Below are positions 19,974 through 29,727 of a stretch of 64,000 nt of DNA, piece by piece. The position numbers and the translations under genes are program-made. Numbering within the stretch: the first letter of the stretch is position 1; each line of letters opens with the position of its first letter. Under the pieces are notes generated by a model. It did not search any database, had not been told where the DNA came from, and was given only the letters and a program-made list of their open reading frames with translations. The DNA comes from Spirochaetaceae bacterium (GTDB taxonomy: Bacteria > Spirochaetota > Spirochaetia > DSM-2461): the NCBI GenBank assembly GCA_965224705.1, contig OZ245056.1, positions 1,888,001 through 1,952,000 on the forward strand, in the 5' to 3' direction.

Positions 19974-21480
19974 GTCCGCTTCCTCCCATCATGGCAATCC
20001 CCACCTCTTCCTTTGATGCATTATCCCGATTAAACTCCCTGGAAATCCTGCCCTTGTAAATAACCCCGATTCGATCGGAGAGAGCAAGAACCTCATCAAG
20101 GTCAGCGGATACCAGCAGTACAGCTCTCTTTTCAATTTTAGCTGTTACTATCTGTTTGTAGATGAACTCGGTCGCACCAATATCAACACCCCTTGTGGGC
20201 TGACATGCCAGAAGAAGAATCGGGTCGGCTTTCATTTCCCGGGCAATAACGATTTTCTGCTGATTTCCGCCGGAGAGGGTGTTGGCAGGAACAGTTTCAG
20301 AAGGGGTTCTTACATCGTATTCCTCAATGGCTTTCCGTGTGAATTCCAATATCTCCCTGCTTCTAATCATCTGATAGCGAGTAACGAAAGGGGGGCGGTG
20401 GTGCCTTCCGAGAGTCATGTTGTCCATCAGAGAATAGGGGAGCAGTAAGCCGTACTTGTGCCTGTCCTCAGGAATGTGACTTATTCCAGCCTCTCTTCGG
20501 GTTCGGATATCCCATCCATGTATATGACTGCCATTCAGCCGTATTTCTCCTGATTCGAAAGGTATTTTATCAGCTATGGCCTGAATGAGTTCTGTCTGTC
20601 CATTGCCTTCGACTCCAGCTATTCCATATATTTCGCCTGCGTCCACATGAAGACTTATGTCGTCAAGTACTCTCTGCCCATGGGATCCTTTTACGCAAAG
20701 ATTTTCTATTTCCAGAACAGGATCGCCCGGGATTATTGCAGGATTATCCACTTTTAACAGAACAGGTTTACCGACCATCAATTCAGCTAACATGGATTTT
20801 GTGGCACCTTCTCTGGGAAGCGTTTGAATTATTCTTCCGTACCGGATAACGGTAATACTGTCAGAAATCTCCAGCACTTCATCCAATTTGTGACTGATGA
20901 AGACTATCCCCTTACCCTGTTGTTTCAGGAAGCGAAACGTCTTGAACAGTTCTTCAACCTCCTGAGGTGTGAGAACAGCCGTAGGTTCATCAAAGACAAG
21001 AACTTCTGCGCCGCGGTAAAGAATTTTGAGTATTTCTACTCTCTGCTGCAAGCCAACCGACAGGTCCTCCACTTTAGTCATGGGGTCAAGAAACATGTGG
21101 TTCTCTTCCATTAACTTATTGATTTTCTCTATTGGTTTTTTGAAATTCAGGACTCCAGCTCTGTGAGTTTCCTCACCGAGTACGATGTTTTCTGCCACTG
21201 TAAAGGGAGGAACCAGCATGAAGTGTTGATGAACCATACCTATCCCCTGGTGAATGGCGCTTTTTGGATTTTTTATAGTGACTTTTTTGCCCTTAATCCG
21301 TATCTGTCCTGCATTTGGCTTATACAAACCATAGAGGATCTTCATGAGCGTTGTTTTTCCAGCACCATTTTCACCGACAAGAGCATGTATCTCACCCTTT
21401 TTCAGGGTGAGGTTTATGTCGTCGTTTGCTTTGACGCCAGGAAATACTTTGGTTATGCCTTTCATTTCCAGGAGCGACAT
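19954..21480 (-). CDS. Nucleoside/sugar ABC transporter ATP-binding protein (two NBDs)
   Basis: GENGAGKT, HQHFML, DEPTAVL, LSGGNQQK, QPTRGVD. Confidence 0.95.
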   Translation of the reverse strand: MSLLEMKGITKVFPGVKANDDINLTLKKGEIHALVGENGAGKTTLMKILYGLYKPNAGQIRIKGKKVTIKNPKSAIHQGIGMVHQHFMLVPPFTVAENIVLGEETHRAGVLNFKKPIEKINKLMEENHMFLDPMTKVEDLSVGLQQRVEILKILYRGAEVLVFDEPTAVLTPQEVEELFKTFRFLKQQGKGIVFISHKLDEVLEISDSITVIRYGRIIQTLPREGATKSMLAELMVGKPVLLKVDNPAIIPGDPVLEIENLCVKGSHGQRVLDDISLHVDAGEIYGIAGVEGNGQTELIQAIADKIPFESGEIRLNGSHIHGWDIRTRREAGISHIPEDRHKYGLLLPYSLMDNMTLGRHHRPPFVTRYQMIRSREILEFTRKAIEEYDVRTPSETVPANTLSGGNQQKIVIAREMKADPILLLACQPTRGVDIGATEFIYKQIVTAKIEKRAVLLVSADLDEVLALSDRIGVIYKGRISREFNRDNASKEEVGIAMMGGSGHEETRN

Positions 21481-21496
21481 GTGTTTCCCTTAAGAA

Positions 21497-21523
21497 GTGC
21501 CCGGCCGAATATCGACCGGGCAC
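21497..21523 (-). terminator. Intra-operon hairpin after the BMP gene
   Basis: GTGCCCGGTCGA-TAT-TCGGCCGGGCAC followed by TTCTT on the minus strand. Confidence 0.6.
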
Positions 21524-21548
21524 CATATGATTTTACTTCAAAGAATTT

Positions 21549-22667
21549 CTAAAGCTGATCCTCGTGATCAGGGACAGTGATTTCACCGCCGATGATTTTC
21601 TGGGCGACCTGATTCACCTGAGCCGTTATACCGCTGAGTTTGTCCCGGTTGTAGGCATTCATTGCATAACCGACACCTTCGTCAGCCAGGTTAAATGTTT
21701 TGTATCCACCCTCAATACTGCCAGTGTCGATGAAGGTTTTTCCCATCTGGAAAACAGCATTATCAACTTTCTTAACCATTGAAGTAAGGATGAATTCACC
21801 GATGGCCTTTTCTTCATTCGTATTGCCCTCAGAGTACACAAGGCCCTGGTCGGAATCGACACCGATGGCCAGTTTATTCATATCCTTTGCCGCCTTGAAC
21901 AGTCCTGTACCGGACGCACCTGAAGCATGATAAATAACTTCAGCTCCCTGATTGTACATGTTTACGGCTATACTTTCAGCCGTTTTTGGATCATTGAATG
22001 CACTGCCATCCTGACCAATGTACTGCCCCATCAGCATACCATCATCTGTGTAAGCCGGATCGGCATGGATTGCACCGGCAAAGAAACCAGCATGAAATTT
22101 GTGAATGAGGGGCATGTCCATTCCACCGATGAATCCCAGTTTCTTACCATCGGCTGACAATGCGGCAATATAACCAACCATGAACGATCCTTCATGTTCC
22201 GCAAAGCTGAGGCAGGTTATATTGCTGTCAGGGGAAAGGTCACCTATGTAGCCATCAATCAGCCCGAAATGAACTTCGGGGAACTCACCTGCAACTTTGG
22301 CCAGGGAGTCCGTAAACATGAACCCGACACCGAAGATAAGTGAATACCCATCTTCCGCAAGAACACGCAGAAGCTGTTCCCGATCCTGTCCGCCCTGCTT
22401 GGGTTCAAGGTACTTAAGCTCGATTTCTCGGCCAAAATCGACGTTGTCCGGGTCATCCTTGATATACCCGGAGTACTCTTCGGCCAGCATGGCAAGGCCG
22501 TTATATGCCGAATCATTGAAGGATTTGTCACCCTTACCACCGACATCAAAAACGATACCGATTTTCACAACATCCTCTTCTGACTCTTTATTACAACCGA
22601 CCCAGAGTGTACTCACACTGATTAACAATAATCCAAAGATAAGAATTCGCCAAACGCATTTTTTCAT
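21549..22667 (-). CDS. BMP-family (PnrA/TmpC-like) lipoprotein, ABC substrate-binding protein
   Basis: Lipobox-like WVGC, GGKGDKSFN, EHEGSF, AIGVDSDQ, TSMVKKVD. Confidence 0.93.
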   Translation of the reverse strand: MKKCVWRILIFGLLLISVSTLWVGCNKESEEDVVKIGIVFDVGGKGDKSFNDSAYNGLAMLAEEYSGYIKDDPDNVDFGREIELKYLEPKQGGQDREQLLRVLAEDGYSLIFGVGFMFTDSLAKVAGEFPEVHFGLIDGYIGDLSPDSNITCLSFAEHEGSFMVGYIAALSADGKKLGFIGGMDMPLIHKFHAGFFAGAIHADPAYTDDGMLMGQYIGQDGSAFNDPKTAESIAVNMYNQGAEVIYHASGASGTGLFKAAKDMNKLAIGVDSDQGLVYSEGNTNEEKAIGEFILTSMVKKVDNAVFQMGKTFIDTGSIEGGYKTFNLADEGVGYAMNAYNRDKLSGITAQVNQVAQKIIGGEITVPDHEDQL

Positions 22668-22819
22668 TTACTCTCCTCCTGATTCCTTTCCGTTTACACG
22701 ATACTTCAATGAATCAATAAAAGAAAAACCCTCCTATCGATTCATTGTCGTCATAATACAATGAATCCTGTTTTCTGGGAAGTGGATTGTAAACTAATCC
22801 AGATGATACAGCGGAAAAA

Positions 22820-24058
22820 TCAAAGATCAGGAATCAAATGGATCCTCACGAATGACAGTTCCCGGATTCCAAAGGCATCCCTTTCATTGAATCTATGATC
22901 AAGAACGATTTTTTTGTTGACTGTGTGTATTATATCTGCCTTCAACAATGCCAGTGCCCGGTCAGCTTCCATTGAGTTATTGGAATCAACGAGGTATAAG
23001 TCTTGAGAGTTCATGTTCGAGATGTATGCTCTGAAATGATCCGAAAGCCAGTCCTTATGCTGATTGAGCCAGGTTTGTGTCAGCGTATCCTGGAATGTAT
23101 ACCCTATATTAACCTTGAAGAAAAAAAACGTGGGCTGATCATCCTGAACCTGACCTGTCAACTCGGGAATATTCTTGAAGAAGGAAAAGTCAGGAGTCCA
23201 TCGTAAACTGTAATCATCTAAACGGCTGGAAGACGAACCCGCATCCTGGACTGATCTCATAATATCCATGCTGCGCCGATAAAGGTCTCCGGCCAGTACT
23301 GAAACTGTCAATTCACTGAGTTCGTCGGCGAGTGACGGATCGTACCGAACGGCAAAATTCCAATTCTCATTCAGTGTCAGATTGTACAGGATTGAGATAC
23401 TTGTACGCCAGGCTGCATCCAGGCGTTTCATCGCCCTGTTAAACCGACGATTTTTTTTCAAATAGCTGTGAATTTTCTGTTTATCAGTCTTATATGATAA
23501 ATGAGTCTCTCCATAGGGTATCCAGACTCTGCTGAACTGACTGATTGCCATTTCCATCATTTCAGCGGCAGACTTCATTCCAGAGGAATTATTCTGAACG
23601 GTATCATTTTGTGTATCCGTGCCGATAGCAATCGCAGTGACATCCTGTCTGGCTTTTTCAAACAAGGCTCTGGTGGTCGCAAGAAATTCTGGTATCCATT
23701 CCATACCAATGCCTGAGTAATCATTGCTGTAACGCTCGATTTCAGTGGAGAGAAGTCCGGAATAAGCCTCGAATCGGCGTTGATCGGTTCTTTTTCTGAA
23801 CTTTATTCTTATAGAATCCCTGGAAAGATAGTGTACCAGATTGGATAAACTTCCATTCTCAAGATATAGATCGGTAACAGATGCGGTGATCGAATTCAGG
23901 CTGCCATCAGATCCTGCCAGAGTTCTCACTGCTGTTCGCCGACTTCTCTCCGAAATTCTATTGGAAGGTGTGAAAAACAATATGATAATGAGTATCAGAA
24001 GAACAAGAATCAGTACAGTAATGCTGATTTTAATTAAAGGTGAGATTAAGCGATTCAT
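22820..24058 (-). CDS. Membrane-anchored protein with C-terminal FliL-like domain
   Basis: N-terminal TM helix; last about 120 aa (IPELTGQVQDDQPTFFFFKVNIGY...LSDHFRAY...IRELSF) resemble spirochaete FliL. Confidence 0.55.
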   Translation of the reverse strand: MNRLISPLIKISITVLILVLLILIIILFFTPSNRISERSRRTAVRTLAGSDGSLNSITASVTDLYLENGSLSNLVHYLSRDSIRIKFRKRTDQRRFEAYSGLLSTEIERYSNDYSGIGMEWIPEFLATTRALFEKARQDVTAIAIGTDTQNDTVQNNSSGMKSAAEMMEMAISQFSRVWIPYGETHLSYKTDKQKIHSYLKKNRRFNRAMKRLDAAWRTSISILYNLTLNENWNFAVRYDPSLADELSELTVSVLAGDLYRRSMDIMRSVQDAGSSSSRLDDYSLRWTPDFSFFKNIPELTGQVQDDQPTFFFFKVNIGYTFQDTLTQTWLNQHKDWLSDHFRAYISNMNSQDLYLVDSNNSMEADRALALLKADIIHTVNKKIVLDHRFNERDAFGIRELSFVRIHLIPDL

Positions 24059-24130
24059 ACACTTTCTATTATCGGATGCAGTGCATCCAGGTTTGACGTG
24101 AGAAGAAATATTTGATATACTGTTGGAGCT

Positions 24131-24727
24131 ATGTCAAAAAAATTTGAAACCGGGCAGCAAGTTGTTTACCCCCTGCAGGGAGTAGGGATTATTCAGGATA
24201 TTGAAGAGCGTTTATTCAATGGCACAATGGTGCCATACTATGTTATATACTTTCATGTTTCTGATATGACGATCCGTATACCTGCTGCTTCTGCTGTTAC
24301 TCAGGGAATTAGAGCCATTGTACAGAAGGAACGGGCAGAAGAAGCTCTGGATATTATTACATCAAATTATGAACCTGTTCCTACAGACTGGAAACTTCGC
24401 TACCAGATGAATCTGAGTCTCCTTCGCAAAGGGGATATAACGGATATTGCAACAGTAGTAACCAGGCTTTATCATCGCAGCAAGGTGAAGGAACTGCCAA
24501 TTCTGGAGCGTAAGCTGTATGACAGTGCATTAAACCTGCTTGTCGATGAAGTGGCTTTCTCTTTTGGAATAGAAAAAGATGAAGTTGAGCAGATGATTTT
24601 CATGAAGCTGGAGGCAGAAAATGCTTCATCGACGGGATCTGAGGACATTGCCGAAAAAATCTCCGATGCACTTCCAATAATGCCGGAGCATGATTTAGTA
24701 CAGGATGATGCAGAGGAAGAGAATTGA
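24131..24727 (+). CDS. carD: CarD-family transcriptional regulator with acidic tail
   Basis: VVYPLQGVG, GIRAIV, WKLRY, ERKLY. Confidence 0.9.
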   Translation: MSKKFETGQQVVYPLQGVGIIQDIEERLFNGTMVPYYVIYFHVSDMTIRIPAASAVTQGIRAIVQKERAEEALDIITSNYEPVPTDWKLRYQMNLSLLRKGDITDIATVVTRLYHRSKVKELPILERKLYDSALNLLVDEVAFSFGIEKDEVEQMIFMKLEAENASSTGSEDIAEKISDALPIMPEHDLVQDDAEEEN

Positions 24728-24749
24728 TCAGGAAGGCACTGAAATAAGA

Positions 24750-26339
24750 TTATTCTGTCGGCAGTCTTCTGCGGTCAAACCGGGCAAAAGTCAGGGGATG
24801 ACCCTTCCTATCATAGGACCAGCGAGCTAATGCTGCACCAGAATTGTTGTCAACCGGTCTTTCATCCACTCCGAAATGTCTTTGTTCGGTCGTTCTGCCG
24901 TATCCATCGTAGTGCCATGTATAGATAGCCACCCCATCGGGATCCGATCTAAGCTGATCAAAAAGTCCATATTGCCTCTGTTCCACACGCCGACTTTCCG
25001 TATCATAGGTCCAGTGATATTCGGCGATACCCCTGAAGTCTTCCACAATTGCATCATTTTCATCGTAATGACGCTCCAGGCTTCGGTTTCCCAGGGCGTC
25101 ATATTCCCAACGGTATGTAACAACACCGGAACTATCCATGGCCAGGGTTTCCCAGTCGTTGTAACTGGTGGCCTCAACAAGTTGCCGCAGGTCGTTATAG
25201 GTATATTTATAGCGGGAAATTCCCCATAGGTCCTCTTTGGGTTGATCATTCGTATCAAAACTCATTGATGAAACAATTAATCCTCGATGATCGTACTCCC
25301 AGCGATACGACGCCATTCCGGCATCGTCCTGGGTAAGAATCCCGTTTTCATCAAGATTCAGCTGTTCAAGTTCATTGCCCTGGGGATAATGAATCCATTG
25401 ATAGGTAACAACACCCGCAATGTCCCGGGTTGGTTTGCCCTGGGCATTGTAGTGGGTTTGACCGATTAAATTTCCAGCGTGGTCGTAGGTGTACTGGTAA
25501 CGTGCGACTCCTTCAGCATTTTCCAGAGCACGATTGTCGGCTCCAAGACGCCATTCAGAAGTTGGCAGGCCTCTTGAATCCCTTTCCCATTGCACAGCCG
25601 CAGAACCATCTGATGCTGTAATCAGTTCAAGATCCACACCGTATCGCTCTTCTCTGACAATATCTCCAGCACTGTTTCTGATCCATCGATAAAGAAAAAC
25701 ACCTTCATCTCTGGATAATGCTGCCTCTCCGTGAATATCAAAATTGTGAAGCTCTATGAGATGATCCTTGTTATCCCATATGTAATGGACTTCCGCTACA
25801 TTGTTTGATACGACCTGGGCTCCCGCCTCATCGAAAAAACGCTCCAGAGTTTTCCGTCCGGCCTTATCCAGCTTCCAGAGTCGTTGAGCAATTCCATCCT
25901 TATTGGGGATGACATTCCCATAGGCATCGTAGAATATAACTCCACGGGCCCTGCCATGGGAATCCAGGGGCACCCGATGTCCCCATATGCCATTTTCATC
26001 GGGCATTAGTTTTCCGGTATCATCAGTAAACCATCGGTGCACATAGTTTTCCGTATAGGCGATCTCTATCCGCTGCACACCATATCGGGGAACTGGCAGT
26101 GATCTCCCGGATTGATGATAAACCACCTTCTCCAATTGTCCGGCATCGTTATATGTGAACCTATAGGCATTCACCTCGGTTGCTTCGGCTGCATTTATCT
26201 GGTAACGGCCAACCAGATTTTCATAAGCATCAATGTCAAGCTGCCTGAACCAGATTTCAATGGCACCAACATCGACAATGGCAGCAATAAGCAGGATAAA
26301 TGTAAAAACAAATATTCTATGTATCATGATCTTCATCAT
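24750..26339 (-). CDS. Secreted YD-like repeat protein
   Basis: Signal peptide followed by about 15 repeats of about 32 aa (G-V-x-x-Y-x-W-x-Y-D-x-x-G). Confidence 0.8.
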   Translation of the reverse strand: MMKIMIHRIFVFTFILLIAAIVDVGAIEIWFRQLDIDAYENLVGRYQINAAEATEVNAYRFTYNDAGQLEKVVYHQSGRSLPVPRYGVQRIEIAYTENYVHRWFTDDTGKLMPDENGIWGHRVPLDSHGRARGVIFYDAYGNVIPNKDGIAQRLWKLDKAGRKTLERFFDEAGAQVVSNNVAEVHYIWDNKDHLIELHNFDIHGEAALSRDEGVFLYRWIRNSAGDIVREERYGVDLELITASDGSAAVQWERDSRGLPTSEWRLGADNRALENAEGVARYQYTYDHAGNLIGQTHYNAQGKPTRDIAGVVTYQWIHYPQGNELEQLNLDENGILTQDDAGMASYRWEYDHRGLIVSSMSFDTNDQPKEDLWGISRYKYTYNDLRQLVEATSYNDWETLAMDSSGVVTYRWEYDALGNRSLERHYDENDAIVEDFRGIAEYHWTYDTESRRVEQRQYGLFDQLRSDPDGVAIYTWHYDGYGRTTEQRHFGVDERPVDNNSGAALARWSYDRKGHPLTFARFDRRRLPTE

Positions 26340-26495
26340 TACGATAATCGGAAATTGTAACGGGATTACTGAGAATCTCTTATAAAAGGTTATTCTGAGG
26401 TTCCAGAATTTACGGGGTATCGAAAATGATGTTCATAAAAGAATGAGTCTTTATCAGAAAAAATCGTCTGGAAGTCTCAGCTGGTTATGAGGCGG

Positions 26496-27254
26496 CTAAT
26501 CCAACTCCATTTCAATTGGACAATGATCGCTGCCCATGATATCTGAATGGATGATTGATGAACGGACTCTGTCAATGGATGTGTCGTTTACACAGAAATA
26601 ATCAAGTCTCCATCCAATATTCCTGGCTCGGGCTCCCCCCCTGTATGTCCACCAGGTATAGTGCTCCGGGCCTTTCTCAAAAATACGGAATGTATCTGTC
26701 CAGCCATTGCTGATAAAGGAATCCATCCACTCCCTTTCTTCCGGCAGATAACCAGGGTTCTTTTCGTTTTCTTTCGGACGAGCCAGGTCTATTGGTTTGT
26801 GGGAGACATTAAAATCTCCAGTTATCGCAACGGTTTTTCCCTGTCCCACCAATGTATCGCCGCAATCCTTGACTGCTTTATTGAATCGCAGCTTGTAGTC
26901 CAGCCGAACTCCTTCAGGCTGGGAATTGGGGAAGTAACCATTCATGATGACCAGGCTGCCAAAATGGACAATCTGCATGCGTCCCTCGGTATCAAATTCA
27001 TCGATTCCCAGAATTTCTACTTTATCCGGTGTTTTCTTAGACCAGATGGCCGTACCACTGTAACCTTTCTTTTCAGCACTGTTCCAGCAGGATTGATATC
27101 CGGAAGGAGCTCGAATCTCCCGAATAACTTGATCAGGCTGGGCTTTGGTTTCCTGCACACAGAAAACATCCGCATCAGCCTGAGTGAGGTAATCGACGAA
27201 GCCTTTTTTATGGGCGGCTCTGATCCCATTCACATTCCAGGATATGATTCTCAT
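26496..27254 (-). CDS. xth: Exodeoxyribonuclease III
   Basis: SWNVNGIRA, QETK, GYSG, GDFN, GWRLDYF, SDHCP. Confidence 0.96.
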   Translation of the reverse strand: MRIISWNVNGIRAAHKKGFVDYLTQADADVFCVQETKAQPDQVIREIRAPSGYQSCWNSAEKKGYSGTAIWSKKTPDKVEILGIDEFDTEGRMQIVHFGSLVIMNGYFPNSQPEGVRLDYKLRFNKAVKDCGDTLVGQGKTVAITGDFNVSHKPIDLARPKENEKNPGYLPEEREWMDSFISNGWTDTFRIFEKGPEHYTWWTYRGGARARNIGWRLDYFCVNDTSIDRVRSSIIHSDIMGSDHCPIEMELD

Positions 27255-27423
27255 ACTTAATTGTACAGCAGTGCCGTCTTTTATGAGAAGAGGCTTTCCG
27301 ATAATGCCAGCGAAAATAACGGAACGCAGCAGGGATTCGCAAGTATTCTTTCAGCCATGACCAGAATGGATGGCTTTCAGAGATGCCCTGATGATTAAAG
27401 TATCTAAAACACCGTCCGGGGCG

Positions 27424-27452
27424 TTGACATAAATCGCAACCGGGAGTAGATT
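27424..27452 (+). promoter_or_regulatory. Sigma70 promoter of the tRNA pair
   Basis: TTGACA-N17-TAGATT, 11 nt upstream of tRNA-Lys. Confidence 0.75.
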
Positions 27453-27463
27453 TTTTCTCTTAC

Positions 27464-27536
27464 GGGCCGCTAGCTCAGTTGGCAGAGCAACGCCCTTTTA
27501 AGGCGTGGGTCAATGGTTCGAATCCATTGCGGCTCA
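27464..27536 (+). tRNA. tRNA-Lys(UUU)
   Basis: Cloverleaf; anticodon arm ACGCC-CTTTTAA-GGCGT; GGTTCGAATCC T-arm. Confidence 0.96.
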
Positions 27537-27559
27537 TAATCAGTTATTCTGATTCATTT

Positions 27560-27631
27560 GTCTCCATAGTATAGGGGTTAGTACACCGGGTTTTCATCCC
27601 GGCAACGGGGGTTCGATTCCCCCTGGAGATG
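27560..27631 (+). tRNA. tRNA-Glu(UUC)
   Basis: Cloverleaf; CCGGG-TTTTCAT-CCCGG; GGTTCGATTCC T-arm. Confidence 0.95.
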
Positions 27632-27658
27632 ATATTGCTCTCGGGCATCTTCTTGTTT

Positions 27659-28945
27659 TCAATAGCGAAACAGCAATCGAGTATAGTAGTTGTCATTCGC
27701 AGAATTTCTTCTCAGGTCGGATGTCGAAGGATCCAGCAGACGGATATCTGCCCCAACCTCAAATTGCCAGTGATCGGAGATATTGTAAGAAACGCGTGGA
27801 CCAAAGTAGATGGCCGGTGAGAAGAAATACCCAACATTGAGGGTTGTTTTCATTTTTTCCCTTAGAAATGTTTTCTCAAAATGGGCGATAATATAGGCTA
27901 TGTGCTGTCGGGGCTGGGTATGAAATGTCTGGATTTCCCTGGAAAGATAATCAGCACCTTCACCTTCCTCACTGTGATTACTGTGATTTGGAAAAAAGGC
28001 ATAGTTTAAGTTGAACTGACTCAAGATATTCCATGGCAGCTGTACGAGCACCTGGGTATTGATGGAAATATCAGAATTCTGAGCCCCGATGTCGGTCCCG
28101 GCAAAGTCTGATGTCAGGTTAAAGGCAAAATCCTGGGACAGGGTTAATGTCCAGAGTTTCAATGAATATGCAAATCCAAATGTATGCTTCTTCCGATAAA
28201 TCGGTTCTATGATTGATGGATGAGTTGTAGAAGTCTCCGGTACAACAAAATCAGGTGTATGCTCTGTATACCAGCCATAGAAAATTTGAAAATCCATCTT
28301 CTCTCCATAGTGATTGTAATTGACAAATATTGAGTGGAGGCTTTCCGAAGTTGTCAGGAAAGAATCAGGACCCCATTCAAGAGTATCATTGGAATCGGTC
28401 AGCATGATGGGTCCCTGTCGTTCTTTGTCCGGCCTGGTTATCGGGATGTATGTTAACTCAATGGTATCCTCAAATGTTGGGTAAAACTTTAACTGCATTA
28501 AAGGATCAGGACGTCGGCTGTCAAAGTACTCATCAAGGCTCAGGGTATTGCTGTTCGTACTGTGCGGGGCATTGAGCGGACTTCTTATATCAGAAAACCC
28601 ATACGTAATAATTTTCTGGCCCAGAGTGATGTCAAAATAATTAAACGGCAGGAACAGGTAGCTCTCATAGAGAACATCCCAGGGATTGATATACATGGAA
28701 TCGCCGAAGGGCTGAATCCATAGATTTGCCGAGATCTGCCACTCAAAACCAGAATTATCATCAATACCACTGAATGTTGGGCGCATGAATATGCGTGACC
28801 TCAAGTTTTGATAACCATCAGATGGTTCAATTCCACCATAGTAATCTACAAATGAAACAAATCTGAAGTTCTGTCCATTCCCAGGAGGGGTCACTGTAAT
28901 CAGCACAAAGAGAAGCAGCAGTAAGTGAATGGATTTCCGTTTCAC
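27659..28945 (-). CDS. Probable outer-membrane beta-barrel protein
   Basis: Signal peptide; aromatic-rich alternating strands; C-terminal LLFRY; in an operon with LolA-like and MMPL genes. Confidence 0.6.
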   Translation of the reverse strand: MKRKSIHLLLLLFVLITVTPPGNGQNFRFVSFVDYYGGIEPSDGYQNLRSRIFMRPTFSGIDDNSGFEWQISANLWIQPFGDSMYINPWDVLYESYLFLPFNYFDITLGQKIITYGFSDIRSPLNAPHSTNSNTLSLDEYFDSRRPDPLMQLKFYPTFEDTIELTYIPITRPDKERQGPIMLTDSNDTLEWGPDSFLTTSESLHSIFVNYNHYGEKMDFQIFYGWYTEHTPDFVVPETSTTHPSIIEPIYRKKHTFGFAYSLKLWTLTLSQDFAFNLTSDFAGTDIGAQNSDISINTQVLVQLPWNILSQFNLNYAFFPNHSNHSEEGEGADYLSREIQTFHTQPRQHIAYIIAHFEKTFLREKMKTTLNVGYFFSPAIYFGPRVSYNISDHWQFEVGADIRLLDPSTSDLRRNSANDNYYTRLLFRY

Positions 28946-29727
28946 TGCAGTGTATTGGATTTCAGGTATCGTGTTGTGAAATAGCGGTCAGGAATCTCCT
29001 CTGTACTCACATCGGTCACCAGTAAAAGAGATTGATGACCTGTTTGCACATTGGTCATGGAGATGTTCGTTGGATAAATGTACTGCCCAAGATTTACGGA
29101 TTCTTCAACCTGATAGATTTTCAGCAGATCCCCATTGAAATCATAGTAGTCCCGTCTCATTAGAAAAAAATTATCTTTACGATAGTAACTCAGGATGTAT
29201 GAATATCCATTATCCTGCTGTAATTTCGGGTTTTTGCCCCAGGCCTTAACAACGTAATACTCAACTCCATCAACGGTCTGATCATCGGCAAGTTCATAGT
29301 CCATTTTACTGTAGTCATTGTTGATTAAGTCGCGGTAGGTAAAATCACTGCCCATGAAATATCCACCGCCTGAACTCTCAAGGGCAATCCTTTTGATTCT
29401 CCGTATCGCAGGTAAATAGATCCACATATTGTTTTTCCTTCCATCAAAAAATGAATGGAGCAGCAATCCCATACCTCTCACGGTGGGAGGAAAATCAAAT
29501 ACAAACAAACGATTGTTCTGCTGGACACCAACATTCTTTTGATAGGCTCTTGCGGTGATTTCCCGGACATCACCATTTGAGGCAATTAACTGAACATGAA
29601 ATGTTCCAGCCAGCACAGGTATGGTGAGACGTTTTGAAAATCCATCCAGTACGTCCTGAACGGTGATGGCCTGCAGCGGCATGGAACAACAAAGCAGCAG
29701 CACTGAATACTTCAGAGTGTTAAGCAT
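28942..29727 (-). CDS. LolA-like outer membrane lipoprotein-sorting protein
   Basis: FDFPPTVRGMGLL, WIYLPAIRRIKRI, FMGSDFTYRDL, YYDFNGDLLK. Confidence 0.85.
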   Translation of the reverse strand: MLNTLKYSVLLLCCSMPLQAITVQDVLDGFSKRLTIPVLAGTFHVQLIASNGDVREITARAYQKNVGVQQNNRLFVFDFPPTVRGMGLLLHSFFDGRKNNMWIYLPAIRRIKRIALESSGGGYFMGSDFTYRDLINNDYSKMDYELADDQTVDGVEYYVVKAWGKNPKLQQDNGYSYILSYYRKDNFFLMRRDYYDFNGDLLKIYQVEESVNLGQYIYPTNISMTNVQTGHQSLLLVTDVSTEEIPDRYFTTRYLKSNTLQ

